Part shown: in pieces, positions 38,560 to 49,110 of the stretch
Layout: each line of letters begins with the position of its first letter
Position numbering within the stretch: position 1 is the stretch's first letter
Source: Patescibacteria group bacterium
Lineage (GTDB): Bacteria; Patescibacteriota; Microgenomatia; UBA10105; UBA927
DNA length: 64,000 bases
Reading direction: 5' to 3'
Assembly (NCBI GenBank): GCA_035510735.1
Contig: DATKGN010000004.1
Coordinates: 92,705 to 156,704 of the forward strand
Notes under the pieces: generated by a model
The model's database searches: none
What the model saw: only the letters and a program-made list of their open reading frames with translations
Told to the model about the DNA's origin: nothing
Program-made: the position numbers and the translations under genes

Positions 38560-40080
38560 TTATGCAAATCCCGGAAAGAAATCCGTTTTTATGTGATCAC
38601 CCGGTACTCCCAAATCCCTAAGCATTTTTTCACCCGCCGTGACGAACGCGTTGGGTCCCGAAAGATAGAACATGCGTTCACGATAATCGGGAATTTCCGT
38701 CTGGATCATGGCGGCGTCTATCCGGCCCCGGCGCCCCTGCCAGTCGGGAGGGATTTGGGTGACGTCAGTCAATGTATAGACGGTTTTCATGCCGAGGGCG
38801 CTCTCTGCACTTTTAAAGACGTCGGCGTAAACGATTTCCGACGCGGTTTTATTTGTATAGAGAAGTACGATTGAACGCTTCTGATTTGAATCCAAAAGAT
38901 ACTTCACCATACTTCTGTACGGCGTGACACCGATGCCTCCGGCGATAAAGACCAATTTTTGGTTCGCGTTGCGTGGGAGCGTAAAGTCACCGGCAAGTTG
39001 GCCCGCTAATATTTTGGTATCGCTCGTGAGATTGAGAAGTGACCGCTTAAAACTGCTTGACGGATTGTTGAACCGCACGCCGATACGCATAGTATTCTCC
39101 GTCGGAGAGGACGCGAGCGTAAAGTATCTGCGGTTACCCCGGTCATCGGGGCTGGCATGACCCACCGTCCATTCCATATATTGGCCAGGCTCATAATGTG
39201 CTGGTTTATTAATCGCAAAGACAAAATCATAAATATTTGGGGTTAGTTGGATCTTTTCTTTGAGCATGAGGAGTAGTTTTTCCTTGGGACTCACAGCATA
39301 GGAGAACAGGTTGCCGATGAGAAGTGCGCTTTCCGGCGTCGTGTAGAGATTACTGAGATGTATTTGCGGCGAGAACAGAAATCCGACAATTGCTCCGTAC
39401 CATATCCGCAGGCCCTTTGTCGGTGGTGTCGTTAACGGTTCGGTCAGCATGATCGTCGCAAAAAATACGAGCGGTGAGTTTACAAATATTCTCTGAATTG
39501 ACGTTACGAGTGATACCCCGTGCAGAAGATTGGCAATTCCGATGGTTATAAGAGCGGCAACGGTAAAACTTCCGAATAAATCCGCTCGTCGAATTTTGCG
39601 GACAACGAGGAGTCCCCCGATAACAACGACCGGGAGCATAATGGCGGTTCCGACCCACCAGGAGGCTGATTGACCGATCGTTACGGATGTCACAAATACA
39701 GCCAGAGCGACCGGGTTAAATATGTGTTTTTTATGGAGTGCAAGAATGAATTTGGATGCCATCGTAAGCACTGCGGCCCAAAAGAGGAAAGACAGATCAG
39801 ACAGAGATCGGATCGGGGAAATGATGAGGGCGAGAATGAGCGCGGATATGTAAAACGATTCCACATTGGGAGGCGTTTCAAAGACAGACGCAAACACGGT
39901 GTTTGAAGCCCATCCGATAAACAACAGGAATGCGGTCGAGAAGAGGAGTGCATACGGGCTAAACGGGAGAAGTCCCATGAAACTTATGACAACCGCATAC
40001 CCCAAAAGCGCGATAAGGACGTAAAGGACCAGCCGGTACATCGTCGTATTGTTTAGAATTTCATCAATGAATTTCATCAT
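38560..40080 (-). CDS. membrane-anchored FAD/NAD(P)-binding oxidoreductase (ferredoxin-reductase-type flavoprotein domain)
   Basis: N-terminal half has 6-8 TM helices. C-terminal half has RRYFTLAS (RxYS FAD site) and FIAGGIGVTP (NAD-binding G-rich loop). Confidence 0.6.
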   Translation of the reverse strand: MMKFIDEILNNTTMYRLVLYVLIALLGYAVVISFMGLLPFSPYALLFSTAFLLFIGWASNTVFASVFETPPNVESFYISALILALIISPIRSLSDLSFLFWAAVLTMASKFILALHKKHIFNPVALAVFVTSVTIGQSASWWVGTAIMLPVVVIGGLLVVRKIRRADLFGSFTVAALITIGIANLLHGVSLVTSIQRIFVNSPLVFFATIMLTEPLTTPPTKGLRIWYGAIVGFLFSPQIHLSNLYTTPESALLIGNLFSYAVSPKEKLLLMLKEKIQLTPNIYDFVFAINKPAHYEPGQYMEWTVGHASPDDRGNRRYFTLASSPTENTMRIGVRFNNPSSSFKRSLLNLTSDTKILAGQLAGDFTLPRNANQKLVFIAGGIGVTPYRSMVKYLLDSNQKRSIVLLYTNKTASEIVYADVFKSAESALGMKTVYTLTDVTQIPPDWQGRRGRIDAAMIQTEIPDYRERMFYLSGPNAFVTAGEKMLRDLGVPGDHIKTDFFPGFA

Positions 40081-40817
40081 ACGAATACAGCAAATTTTTC
40101 AAAACCGCGGGTGTATGTCGCCAATCCTTTTGTATCTATCATATACCCCTCAAAGCCTTCGAGGTTGTCTATAAATTGTATACCCGGTTTACTCATGGCA
40201 AATGCTGCGGTCGCAAACCGGTCGGCTTCATAAACATTCGGTCCTACAACCGTCAGGCTTACGATATCCGTGACGGGTGTTTTCGTTTTTGGATTATAGA
40301 CATGATTTCCGCGTTCATAGGTGCCTGAAGTTGCGACCCCAAGGTTTCCGGTTGCTATAACCTTCACGATCTCTTTTGTGTTAAACGGGTTTCTGATGCC
40401 GACCGTCCAGGGTTTGCCCTTGTCATTTGTTCCCGACGTCTGAATATCTCCTCCGGCGTCGACGTAAAAATCATGGCAGCCTTTCCGTTTGAGCAGGTTT
40501 GCGGCGTTCCAAATTGCCCAGCCTTTGACGAGCCCTGAAGGGTCAAGAATGCCCCCCCTTTTAATTTCAAAGTATCCGTTTGTTTGTTTTTTTGTTTGGT
40601 CACAAAGCATGAGCACGGTTTTCATGTCCGGGCTGTAATCCTGTTTAGATATTTTTCCTTCATTAATTTTTGTTATCTCGCTGGTTTTTTTAAATGTACT
40701 GAATGTTTCATCAATATAGGAAAAATAATCGTAGACTTCATCGAAGACAGCGGGTGTTACGGCATCGACAATTTCCACACTCACATGCATATCCATGAGA
40801 ATTTTCGTCTGTTTCAT
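40077..40817 (-). CDS. apbE: FAD:protein FMN transferase ApbE
   Basis: ApbE-family signature including the GLVKGWA and DAGGDI motifs. Coupled (4-nt overlap) to the downstream oxidoreductase. Confidence 0.8.
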   Translation of the reverse strand: MKQTKILMDMHVSVEIVDAVTPAVFDEVYDYFSYIDETFSTFKKTSEITKINEGKISKQDYSPDMKTVLMLCDQTKKQTNGYFEIKRGGILDPSGLVKGWAIWNAANLLKRKGCHDFYVDAGGDIQTSGTNDKGKPWTVGIRNPFNTKEIVKVIATGNLGVATSGTYERGNHVYNPKTKTPVTDIVSLTVVGPNVYEADRFATAAFAMSKPGIQFIDNLEGFEGYMIDTKGLATYTRGFEKFAVFV

Positions 40818-40821
40818 AGCA

Positions 40822-41370
40822 TTAACGTGCCTGGTCCAGAGCTGACTGAAGGGACTGTCGGAATGCGAGACTAGAATCGGTTGCCCCTGAGACGATATCG
40901 ACCTGTGCGCTCTGCGCTTGTATCGCTTCTGATTTGAGATACGGCATGGCCTGTGAATTGATCATGATTGACGTGTTGCGGTCATGCGGATAATCCAAAA
41001 ATTGAACGTCCGTGATCTTTCCGCCTTGTATAGTGATTTTTACCTGGATGTTTCCGTAGTATGCGTCGGCTGAATTGCCGGTAAATTGTCCGTCTTTATA
41101 GCCACTATGGGCCGGCGTTGGAGTAGCGGTGGGTGTGGGCATGCTGGTTGCCGCTGGTTGCGGTTGGTGACTTATAGGTGTATTCGTCGGAGGGGGTGGA
41201 GAGCTAGCTGTAGCTGTAGGTGTGCTAATAGTGTTGAATGTCTGTCCCTGGGATTGCGAGGGCAAGGGCGCAATGACGCCGGAGGCGCCGTCGGCTCCTG
41301 TCAATTTTTGATTGAGCACATATGCGATGAATGTGATAACCACAAATGCGGATAACGCAAACCTTTTCAT
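40822..41370 (-). CDS. FMN-binding domain lipoprotein/secreted protein
   Basis: N-terminal TM/signal, T/P-rich linker, C-terminal FMN_bind domain (...VDIVSGATDSSLAFRQ with the Thr/Ser flavinylation-site context). Confidence 0.6.
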   Translation of the reverse strand: MKRFALSAFVVITFIAYVLNQKLTGADGASGVIAPLPSQSQGQTFNTISTPTATASSPPPPTNTPISHQPQPAATSMPTPTATPTPAHSGYKDGQFTGNSADAYYGNIQVKITIQGGKITDVQFLDYPHDRNTSIMINSQAMPYLKSEAIQAQSAQVDIVSGATDSSLAFRQSLQSALDQAR

Positions 41371-41442
41371 AATTATAAGAATACACGCGTATTCTGAAAT
41401 TCAGCTGAAAATCAGCGGTATATTTTAGCCGGTCCGAATACG

Positions 41443-42159
41443 TTATTTTTTCTTTCGGTTTCTGCGTCCGGCTTTCATATCCACCGTATTCATTTTGATA
41501 AACAAATACATGGGAACCACAGACCCGATTACGACAACAGCAATATAGACATACCATAAACGGATCCGGGTGATCTTGATAATGCTTCCCAAGAGCGGAT
41601 ATAAAATGGATTCAGGTATAGTGCCAAGCAGCGTTGCGGTAAAAAATGATAGTACGGATATATCGGTAAGTCCGGCAAGAAAACTGACGATGTTAAACGG
41701 AGCGGCGAGTGTTGCACGTGTGATAAAAATTCCCTTGGCACCGTTGTCATCGACATATTTTCTATAGATATGAAATACACGTGTCGAAAGAAGAGATGTA
41801 AACAGCCGCGTGCCAATAAACCGTGTTAAAGCATACGCAAACAGCGACGAGATGATCTGAGAAAACCAGACAAGAAAGAGTCCGGGCCAAAATCCGAAGA
41901 TGTACCCGGCTGCAATTTCGATAAGCGGCACGGGAAGCGGAAGCGGGGGGATTGCGGTACTTAAAAAAATAAGAAAAATAACGGCAAGCGGCGAAAGTAT
42001 GCCATAGGAGGTGATAAGAGATGACATCTGGCGGATGCCCCGTCTGGTAAAATAGTGCCTCCCCAGGAAAATGATAATAATAAGAACGATGATTGCGATG
42101 ATAACGGTAAGAATTGTCGCTGCACGACGGTATTTTTTGGGAATCGGAAATAATTTCAT
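41443..42159 (-). CDS. DedA/TVP38/TMEM64-family membrane protein
   Basis: IEIAAGYIFGFWPGLFLVWFSQIISSLFAYALTRFIG signature. Confidence 0.65.
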   Translation of the reverse strand: MKLFPIPKKYRRAATILTVIIAIIVLIIIIFLGRHYFTRRGIRQMSSLITSYGILSPLAVIFLIFLSTAIPPLPLPVPLIEIAAGYIFGFWPGLFLVWFSQIISSLFAYALTRFIGTRLFTSLLSTRVFHIYRKYVDDNGAKGIFITRATLAAPFNIVSFLAGLTDISVLSFFTATLLGTIPESILYPLLGSIIKITRIRLWYVYIAVVVIGSVVPMYLFIKMNTVDMKAGRRNRKKK

Positions 42160-42322
42160 AAACTCTTGATTACCAATAAGTATCTCATATAATGATATGC
42201 GTGAGAATCGTCAGTAAGTATAAAAAATATATTGCATTTTGCTGAATCGTTGCTGAATTTGGGTGGGTTGCATAAAAATACCCCGCCTAAACGGGGTATT
42301 TTTGATATGAACAACCTTTTTG

Positions 42323-42754
42323 TTATGGAGTAGGTTGTGGTGTCCCTGATGGAGATCCACTTCCCATACCAAACGTCGGATTGACCTGAATATTGGTCGC
42401 GGTGAATGTACCGTCACCATTATCCGTTCCGAAAGCCGAAATTCTTATTCCTGTTGCTAAATCACTTTTCGATCCGGTTGTTGCTTTATTGATCGATGTG
42501 GACGCGCCGACTAAAACAATTTTTGTGCTGCCGTCCTGCAATTTTACCGTGACTGATTTATCGTCACTGCTTAAAATATCGCCTGAGACCGGTCTGCCGC
42601 CGCTGCGATTTGTTCCAGAGCCGCGTTGTCCGAAAAGACCTGCCCCCCGTGTATACGATGAGCCTTTGCTTTTTTGGTACTGCATACCGGCAAAAAATCC
42701 TCCGGCTGCAACAACGATGACTAAAATGATCATGATGAGTGTGTTATTTTTCAT
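42323..42754 (-). CDS. hypothetical secreted protein
   Basis: N-terminal TM/signal. Gly/Ser-rich region. Confidence 0.35.
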   Translation of the reverse strand: MKNNTLIMIILVIVVAAGGFFAGMQYQKSKGSSYTRGAGLFGQRGSGTNRSGGRPVSGDILSSDDKSVTVKLQDGSTKIVLVGASTSINKATTGSKSDLATGIRISAFGTDNGDGTFTATNIQVNPTFGMGSGSPSGTPQPTP

Positions 42755-42779
42755 AAATACTTCACCTCCTTTCAGTGTT

Positions 42780-43841
42780 CTAGTTACTACTGATTCCTTT
42801 CACATATGTATCAAAAAATGCTATTGATCGTTCCATTGCAACCGTGAAATTCGGGTCGGCGATATTGTGATCTCCTCCCGGATAATTGTAATATTCAACC
42901 GTTTTCCCCAGCGCCGAAAGCTTATTTTTCAGGCTTACCGAAAATGCGACGGGAACCTCTTCATCGCTACCGCCCGTATGAATCTGGATGGGGATCGTTA
43001 TATCGGCGAGGTGGCTCGTCGGATCGATCGCCTGCCAGAAGGTAGGATTCGTTTGCGGCGTGCCGTATTGGTCGGTCAACCGTTTGCGGTAGTTATTTCT
43101 ATTGGCCAGCTCAGGCGGTGGGGGTTGATACGTTACCTGCCGCTGCCAGTTGTTCATAATATCATCGTAAGACCCGACGACGCCTCCCCAGATAACCGCG
43201 GCTTTCACGTCTTTTGTATCAACAACAATATCCCGGAGCGTAATGTTACCGCCCATTGAGTGTCCCCACATACCGATTTTTTTGGGATCCGCGTCTTTAT
43301 AGTGTTTCAGTGAGGAGAGAGCATTTAAGACGTCGATTGCGTAGGCGGGAGAATAGTACGCGCCCTCCGGTGTACCCTGTGAAGAACCGTTACCGCGGTA
43401 GTCAGATTTAAAGACGATGTATCCACTTCTTGCGATAGCTGCAACATATGCGACATATCGCTCTGTTGTACGGTAAATCGTTGGGGGAATGTAGCCGTGG
43501 TTAAAAATAATGACCGGCCAGCCTGTCGCCGGTTTCACGCCCGTGGGAACGGTGAGAAGTCCGTAAATTTTGAGTCCCTCTGACAGGTATGACGCGATAT
43601 ATTGATGATAATTTGTTCCGTCCGGTAACGTTTGTTCAATAGTAAGATCGCTTCCTGGATATGATTGTTTCCTCATAGTTGTTATGGCAAGCGGATTGTC
43701 AATTTCCTTTTGGGCGGGGGACGGGGCAGGCGATATCTCATGTGCTCCGGTTTTCACCGTCATAAATTTCCGCTGATATATAAATCCGAAGACCGCAAAG
43801 ACTGCAACTGTCCCCGCTATTACAACCCAAACTTTACTCAT
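42780..43841 (-). CDS. alpha/beta hydrolase (prolyl-oligopeptidase/dienelactone-hydrolase-like) with N-terminal TM anchor
   Basis: GHSMGG nucleophile elbow. Start moved to the internal ATG (MSKVW) to avoid a 100-nt overlap with the ABC permease gene. Coordinates may be off by 1 nt. Confidence 0.55.
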   Translation of the reverse strand: MSKVWVVIAGTVAVFAVFGFIYQRKFMTVKTGAHEISPAPSPAQKEIDNPLAITTMRKQSYPGSDLTIEQTLPDGTNYHQYIASYLSEGLKIYGLLTVPTGVKPATGWPVIIFNHGYIPPTIYRTTERYVAYVAAIARSGYIVFKSDYRGNGSSQGTPEGAYYSPAYAIDVLNALSSLKHYKDADPKKIGMWGHSMGGNITLRDIVVDTKDVKAAVIWGGVVGSYDDIMNNWQRQVTYQPPPPELANRNNYRKRLTDQYGTPQTNPTFWQAIDPTSHLADITIPIQIHTGGSDEEVPVAFSVSLKNKLSALGKTVEYYNYPGGDHNIADPNFTVAMERSIAFFDTYVKGISSN

Positions 43842-45057
43842 ATCGGAGAGCCTCAATCGGCTGCAAATCCGATGCTTTCTTTGCCGGGTACCAACCAAAG
43901 AGAATGCCAATAGCTGCCGAAACGATGAATGCAAGGAATATTGAAGAGAATGAAACGATAAAAAGAGAGCCCGAGATGGTCGCGATGATATACGAGGCCG
44001 CGATACCGAAAATAATGCCGATGGCGCCGCCAGTAAATGTCAGCATGATGGATTCGGATAAAAACTGCATCGTTATCGTATTTTTCTTTGCCCCGAGTGC
44101 TTTCCGAAGTCCGATTTCCCGTGTCCGTTCCGTTACTGTGACAAGCATAATGTTCATAATGCCGATACCGCCGACCAGAAGCGAGATAGCGGCAATTCCG
44201 GATAAGAGCGATGTGAACGTTCCCGTGGTAGCCGAAGCCGTGTTTAGAATGTCCTGTTGCGACATTATCGAAAAATCAGCCTGTGTGGGATCGTTAAATT
44301 TGTGGCGTGCGAGGAGAAAATAACCGACTTCATTCTGAGCCTGTGTCATGACATCAGAGCTTTTTGCCTCAAGCGCGATCGAGCTTAAATAGTCAACACC
44401 AAAAATTTCCTTCATCGCCGTTGTGAGAGGGACCATCACTATATCATCCTGATTCATAAATCCGGTTCCTCCTTTAGACTGGGTAATACCGATGATCGTA
44501 AATGACTGGCCGCTGATCCTAATTGTTTGTCCGATTGGTGTGGCGCCGTCGCCGAATAAGTCGCTTACGACCTGAGGACCGATAACCGCGACCTTTGTGT
44601 CTCCGTCAACGTCGCGTTGCGTAATAAAACTGCCGGTATCAATTGTGACTTTATGGACATCAGTGTAGACAGGCGTGACGCCGACTATCTGAGTATTCGT
44701 ATTATTACTGCCGGTTGTGACCTGGCTTCTCCGCTGTAATTCGGGTGAAACGGTTTTTATGGTCGTAATTGCCGCCGACGTTTTAATCGCGTTTGCATCA
44801 TCAAGCGTGAGCGTCGTGCCGCCGCCTGATGCCCCCCTTACCGCGCCGGTCCGCTGGGCGGTCGGCTGAATTGTTAGGAGATTTGCGCCCAATGATTGGA
44901 TTTGATTTTGGACGGACTGCTGTGTTGCCTGTCCCAATGAAACGAGAGCGATGACGCTGCCGATGCCGATGACAATGCCGAGGATCGCAAGGCCTGTCCG
45001 CATTTTATTGACCGTGAGTGTGCCGAAGCTTTCCTGTATGAGTTCAATTGGTTCCAT
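43834..45057 (-). CDS. ABC transporter permease, MacB/FtsX-type
   Basis: N-terminal TM, large periplasmic domain and C-terminal FtsX-like 3-TM bundle. Confidence 0.8.
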   Translation of the reverse strand: MEPIELIQESFGTLTVNKMRTGLAILGIVIGIGSVIALVSLGQATQQSVQNQIQSLGANLLTIQPTAQRTGAVRGASGGGTTLTLDDANAIKTSAAITTIKTVSPELQRRSQVTTGSNNTNTQIVGVTPVYTDVHKVTIDTGSFITQRDVDGDTKVAVIGPQVVSDLFGDGATPIGQTIRISGQSFTIIGITQSKGGTGFMNQDDIVMVPLTTAMKEIFGVDYLSSIALEAKSSDVMTQAQNEVGYFLLARHKFNDPTQADFSIMSQQDILNTASATTGTFTSLLSGIAAISLLVGGIGIMNIMLVTVTERTREIGLRKALGAKKNTITMQFLSESIMLTFTGGAIGIIFGIAASYIIATISGSLFIVSFSSIFLAFIVSAAIGILFGWYPAKKASDLQPIEALRYE

Positions 45058-45060
45058 AGT

Positions 45061-45774
45061 TTAATGTATTACCTTTTGTCGTTTGTGATTGGAACTATCT
45101 TCTATGATTTTTCCGTCGCGGACATGAATAATCCGTTTTGCGTGTTGTGCTATATCCGGCTCATGGGTAATCATGACGATCGTATGTCCTTCATTGTTTA
45201 ACTTCTGGAAAATTGCCATTACTTCTTCAGCCTGGGCGCTTGCGATATTTCCCGTCGGTTCATCGGCAAGAATAATTGCCGGATTTAAGACGAGCGCACG
45301 CGCAATCGCGACCCGTTGCTGCTGTCCTCCGGATATCTGATTTGATGTATGGTGGATTCGGTCCCCCAAGCCAACCATGGTCAGAAATTTTATGGCGGTT
45401 GGCTCCCGCTCTTCCCTCGGTACGCCTGCATACATCATAGGGAGCATGACGTTCCGGAGCACTGTTGTACGCGGCAACAGATTAAACGCCTGAAAGACAA
45501 ATCCTATTTTTCGGTTCCTGATATCTGCAAGTTTGTCGTCAGTCAGATTCTCGACATTTTCTCCGTCTAATATATATTCTCCCTTCGTTGGTAAATCGAG
45601 TGCCCCGAGTATATGCATAAGTGTTGATTTGCCCGATCCTGATGGACCCATGATCGCAACAAATTCGCTTTTATTGATATTAAAGGAGACGTCATCCAGG
45701 GCGACTGTTTCGACCGAATCCATTTTATAAATTTTCGACAGATGATGCGTCTCAATGATTGAATGTACGGCCAT
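45061..45774 (-). CDS. ABC transporter ATP-binding protein (MacB/LolD-type)
   Basis: Walker A GPSGSGKST, signature LSGGQQQRVAIARAL, Walker B ILADEPT. Confidence 0.85.
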   Translation of the reverse strand: MAVHSIIETHHLSKIYKMDSVETVALDDVSFNINKSEFVAIMGPSGSGKSTLMHILGALDLPTKGEYILDGENVENLTDDKLADIRNRKIGFVFQAFNLLPRTTVLRNVMLPMMYAGVPREEREPTAIKFLTMVGLGDRIHHTSNQISGGQQQRVAIARALVLNPAIILADEPTGNIASAQAEEVMAIFQKLNNEGHTIVMITHEPDIAQHAKRIIHVRDGKIIEDSSNHKRQKVIH

Positions 45775-45780
45775 GTGGTA

Positions 45781-47118
45781 TTATCCTCCTACCCGTCGTA
45801 CGGTCGTTCCGCCGCCTCCGCCGCCGCCTCCGCCAAATCCGCGGCCTCCCAGCGCACTGAATGGGGAAGTGCCTGTTGAGGTTGTCGTTGTCGCGCCACC
45901 GATAACAGCTGTTACGACTGTATCACCATCGCTTAATCCTGATGTGATTTCCGTTTGGGTATCATTAGAGTCGCCGATCGTGACCGGCACCGAACTCATC
46001 ACGCCGTTTTTGAGTACCCTGACCGTTGTCGCGCCATTGGTCGTTACGACGGCTGCCGACGGGACAAGGAGTACATTATCTTTGACGTTTGTAATAATTT
46101 TGGCGTCAATCGCCATATTTGAGTATATGCCGTTCGGCGCCGAGTCAAGTTTGATATATGCCGGATACGTTGTCACTCCCGAACTGACAACGCCCGAGGT
46201 ATCAATGCTTACAATGACCCCGGTAAATGTTTTACTAGGAAATGCATCCATGGTAAGCGTTGCTTTATTATTGACGGCCACTTTCGGTGCATCGGTTTCG
46301 TTTATATTAACAATAGCAACAGGAGTAGCGGCGGTTTTGATATTTGCTATCCTCTGTGATGTTGAAGTGCCTGAAGAATTTGTCTGTGCGGTCAATACGG
46401 AGCCAACCTGAAGCGAGAGGCCGTTTAAGACTCCTGAAATCGGTGCGTAAATGGTCGGTGATGATTGCAAATAACTTGCCCACGCGCTACCCACCGATGT
46501 TTGCGCCGCAGTTATGGCGCCTTGTTGGTTTTTGTATTTAGCTTCTGTAGACAACCAGTCATCGTTCGTGCTTATATATTGCGGAAGCGTTCTATTCCCT
46601 GTATTCGGTGAACCGTCAGGGTTTGTGAATGTAGAGTTTTGCGCAATATTCATATACGTATTCCATTGGGTAAACATTGTTGATTGGAGCGCAAACATTG
46701 CGGCATTTGCGTTATCGAGGTTATTTTTTGCACCCTGATAACTCGCAAGGGCCTGAGCACTTCTCTGTTTTCCGTCCATATCAAGGTCAACGTCGGCAAT
46801 TGCATCGCCGGATTTCACCGTTTGTCCGTTTTGTACGTAAATTTTTGTAACGACCCCGGATGTCTGTGTCGTCACCTGGGCGCTATTAGCGCTGGATATA
46901 TTGCCTGATGCTGCGACCGAGGTAACGAGCGTACCCTTCGTTGCGGTGTCCGTTTGATATGTTGGCTGTTTTGTCGTATTACCGATGGTTTTTGAGTAGA
47001 TAAACCATCCGAGTGCTGCAAGAAGAAGGACGATAAAAATTTTTGTTGCTGCGGGACTTTTGATAAACCAATCCTTTATACCGCTAAGTTTTTCCATCAA
47101 TGAGTTCTTTTGATTCAT
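45781..47118 (-). CDS. HlyD/MacA-family periplasmic adaptor with poly-Gly C-terminal tail
   Basis: N-terminal TM, coiled-coil and beta-barrel regions of membrane-fusion proteins. Ends GGRGFGGGGGGGGGTTVRRVGG. Confidence 0.7.
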   Translation of the reverse strand: MNQKNSLMEKLSGIKDWFIKSPAATKIFIVLLLAALGWFIYSKTIGNTTKQPTYQTDTATKGTLVTSVAASGNISSANSAQVTTQTSGVVTKIYVQNGQTVKSGDAIADVDLDMDGKQRSAQALASYQGAKNNLDNANAAMFALQSTMFTQWNTYMNIAQNSTFTNPDGSPNTGNRTLPQYISTNDDWLSTEAKYKNQQGAITAAQTSVGSAWASYLQSSPTIYAPISGVLNGLSLQVGSVLTAQTNSSGTSTSQRIANIKTAATPVAIVNINETDAPKVAVNNKATLTMDAFPSKTFTGVIVSIDTSGVVSSGVTTYPAYIKLDSAPNGIYSNMAIDAKIITNVKDNVLLVPSAAVVTTNGATTVRVLKNGVMSSVPVTIGDSNDTQTEITSGLSDGDTVVTAVIGGATTTTSTGTSPFSALGGRGFGGGGGGGGGTTVRRVGG

Positions 47119-47174
47119 AGATAAAATGAATGATACATACGTAAACTGAAAGCAAGCTGAATCCGATAAGCGAT

Positions 47175-48218
47175 TTATGCCAATTTTCTTTGATGGATTG
47201 GCAAATGGACAATAAACGTACTCCCGTGACCTGATTTGCTTTCGACGCTTATAGATCCATGATGCACGTCAGTGATTTTTTTTGCAATAGATAAGCCAAG
47301 ACCGTAGCCTCCTTCTTGCTCTCTAGCGCGAGCTGTATCTGCGCGATAAAACCTATCAAAAATATGAGGAATGTCTTTTTGTGCAATACCGATTCCCTCA
47401 TCATGAACGCGTATCGTGATGTCTCCGTCGGTACGCTTTGCGACAACTGTGATCTTAGTTTTTCCATCAGAGTATTTAATTGCGTTATCTAAGAGAATAA
47501 CCAACAGGTCGATGAGATATTCTTTACTTCCTGTCATCGCAAGCCCGTTTGTTTGATTTTGTATTGTAACCTGCTTCACTTTTGCCTGTGGCGTCACACG
47601 CTGTATGGCTCCGGTCGTAATCTCCGAGAGTGATACCGTAGTAAATGCAATCTTTACATTTGGTTGTTGATATTGAACAAGTTCAAGCAGCGAGTCTGAC
47701 AGCGATTGTAGTTTATTTACCTGTCCTATGCTTCCTGAGAGGAGTTCTCTTGCGGTCGCAAGCGTAAGTTTTTTATCACGAAGATTTACCTCAATTGAAC
47801 TTTTGAGCGCGGTAAGCGGTGTCCGCAGTTCATGTGATGCATCGGATATAAACCGGTTTTGCTCGTCAACCATCTGTTGAATAGGCGTGAGCGTCCGGCC
47901 GGCTAATATATATCCGAGGCCGCCGGATATAAAGAAAATTGCTCCATTGACGACAAACAAGATTAGTAGTACCCGGTGTTCAGTTTCCAGAACCAGATCG
48001 GGATCCATCGTAATAGGTGGCGGAGGGAGTTGGGCGCTACCGGGTTGGACTAATCCCTCATCCAATAAGCGCCGTTCGATTCGGGTGCGCTGGGCCCGTG
48101 CAAACCGGTCAACTTCACTTGTGAGTACGCGATATATGACCACACTAAACGCAATACTGACAATCATGATGATGAGGAGATACCATGCGGTTAATTTTAG
48201 CCGTGCAGATCGAAACAT
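47175..48218 (-). CDS. sensor histidine kinase
   Basis: TM N-terminus. HisKA H-box SHELRTPL. HATPase G boxes (GGYGLGLSI). Confidence 0.8.
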   Translation of the reverse strand: MFRSARLKLTAWYLLIIMIVSIAFSVVIYRVLTSEVDRFARAQRTRIERRLLDEGLVQPGSAQLPPPPITMDPDLVLETEHRVLLILFVVNGAIFFISGGLGYILAGRTLTPIQQMVDEQNRFISDASHELRTPLTALKSSIEVNLRDKKLTLATARELLSGSIGQVNKLQSLSDSLLELVQYQQPNVKIAFTTVSLSEITTGAIQRVTPQAKVKQVTIQNQTNGLAMTGSKEYLIDLLVILLDNAIKYSDGKTKITVVAKRTDGDITIRVHDEGIGIAQKDIPHIFDRFYRADTARAREQEGGYGLGLSIAKKITDVHHGSISVESKSGHGSTFIVHLPIHQRKLA

Positions 48219-48225
48219 ATTGTTG

Positions 48226-48900
48226 TTAACTTCCTATTTTATACCCAAAACCGCGCAGCGTCAGGAGAAGCGGTTTTTTGTTTTTAAACGGATTGTCGAT
48301 TTTATTTCTGAGATTCCGCATATAGACCTCCACGGTATTCGGGAGAATGTTTGCATCATAATCCCACACGTGTGCAATAATTTGCTCTTTTGTGAGTATT
48401 TGATTTGCATGGCGCATGAGGTATTCAAGGAGGGCAAATTCTTTGCTAGACAGGAAAATGGCTATATCTCCTCTTTTTACCTCAAATGATTGGGTATTCA
48501 TAGTGAGGTCTGACACCACCAGGGTGGTACTGAGCGTGCTTTTCGGACGCCTGATTAACGCTCTAATCCTTGCGAGCATTTCTTCAAATGAAAACGGTTT
48601 TGTAAGATAATCATCGGCTCCTGAATCAAGGCCGGTGATCTTATCCTGAATTTGCCCTTTGGCGGTGAGAATGAGAATCGGTGTATGGATCCGTTTGGCG
48701 CGGAGCTCCTTGCAGATGGAGAGACCATTCATACCGGGGAGCATGAGATCAAGGATCATGAGGTCGTATTCCTCAGTTGAAGCCAAATCAAATCCCTCCG
48801 TACCCGTATAGGCCACATCGACCGCATATTTTTCCTGTTCGAGGCCTTTCTTTATTGATGTTGCAATAGTGTGTTCGTCTTCAATAACGAGAATTCTCAT
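48226..48900 (-). CDS. OmpR-family response regulator
   Basis: Receiver domain (MRILVIEDE...DLMLPG) plus winged-helix C-terminus. Start at internal ATG. Confidence 0.8.
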   Translation of the reverse strand: MRILVIEDEHTIATSIKKGLEQEKYAVDVAYTGTEGFDLASTEEYDLMILDLMLPGMNGLSICKELRAKRIHTPILILTAKGQIQDKITGLDSGADDYLTKPFSFEEMLARIRALIRRPKSTLSTTLVVSDLTMNTQSFEVKRGDIAIFLSSKEFALLEYLMRHANQILTKEQIIAHVWDYDANILPNTVEVYMRNLRNKIDNPFKNKKPLLLTLRGFGYKIGS

Positions 48901-49110
48901 ACAACCCGTATTATACTCAATTAGCTGAATATAAGCTGAAAAATAGGGGTATCCAGGCAATTTTTCTTTACTTGGATTATTACCTGTGGGCATCGGGCGC
49001 GGATTCTTTCGATCGTGTAGATAATCTATAATTTCAGGAAAAACAGATCAGTGTTTGCTGATTAACAGCTATTTGTTTTACTATAAAGACGGTAGCGGTT
49101 ATTATTTCTT

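Noticed and set aside
45755-46411. 218-aa ORF on the plus strand, Pro/Thr/Val-rich
   Set aside because: Lies entirely antisense to the well-supported HlyD-family gene. Its composition simply mirrors the Gly/Thr/Ala codons on the other strand. Called spurious.
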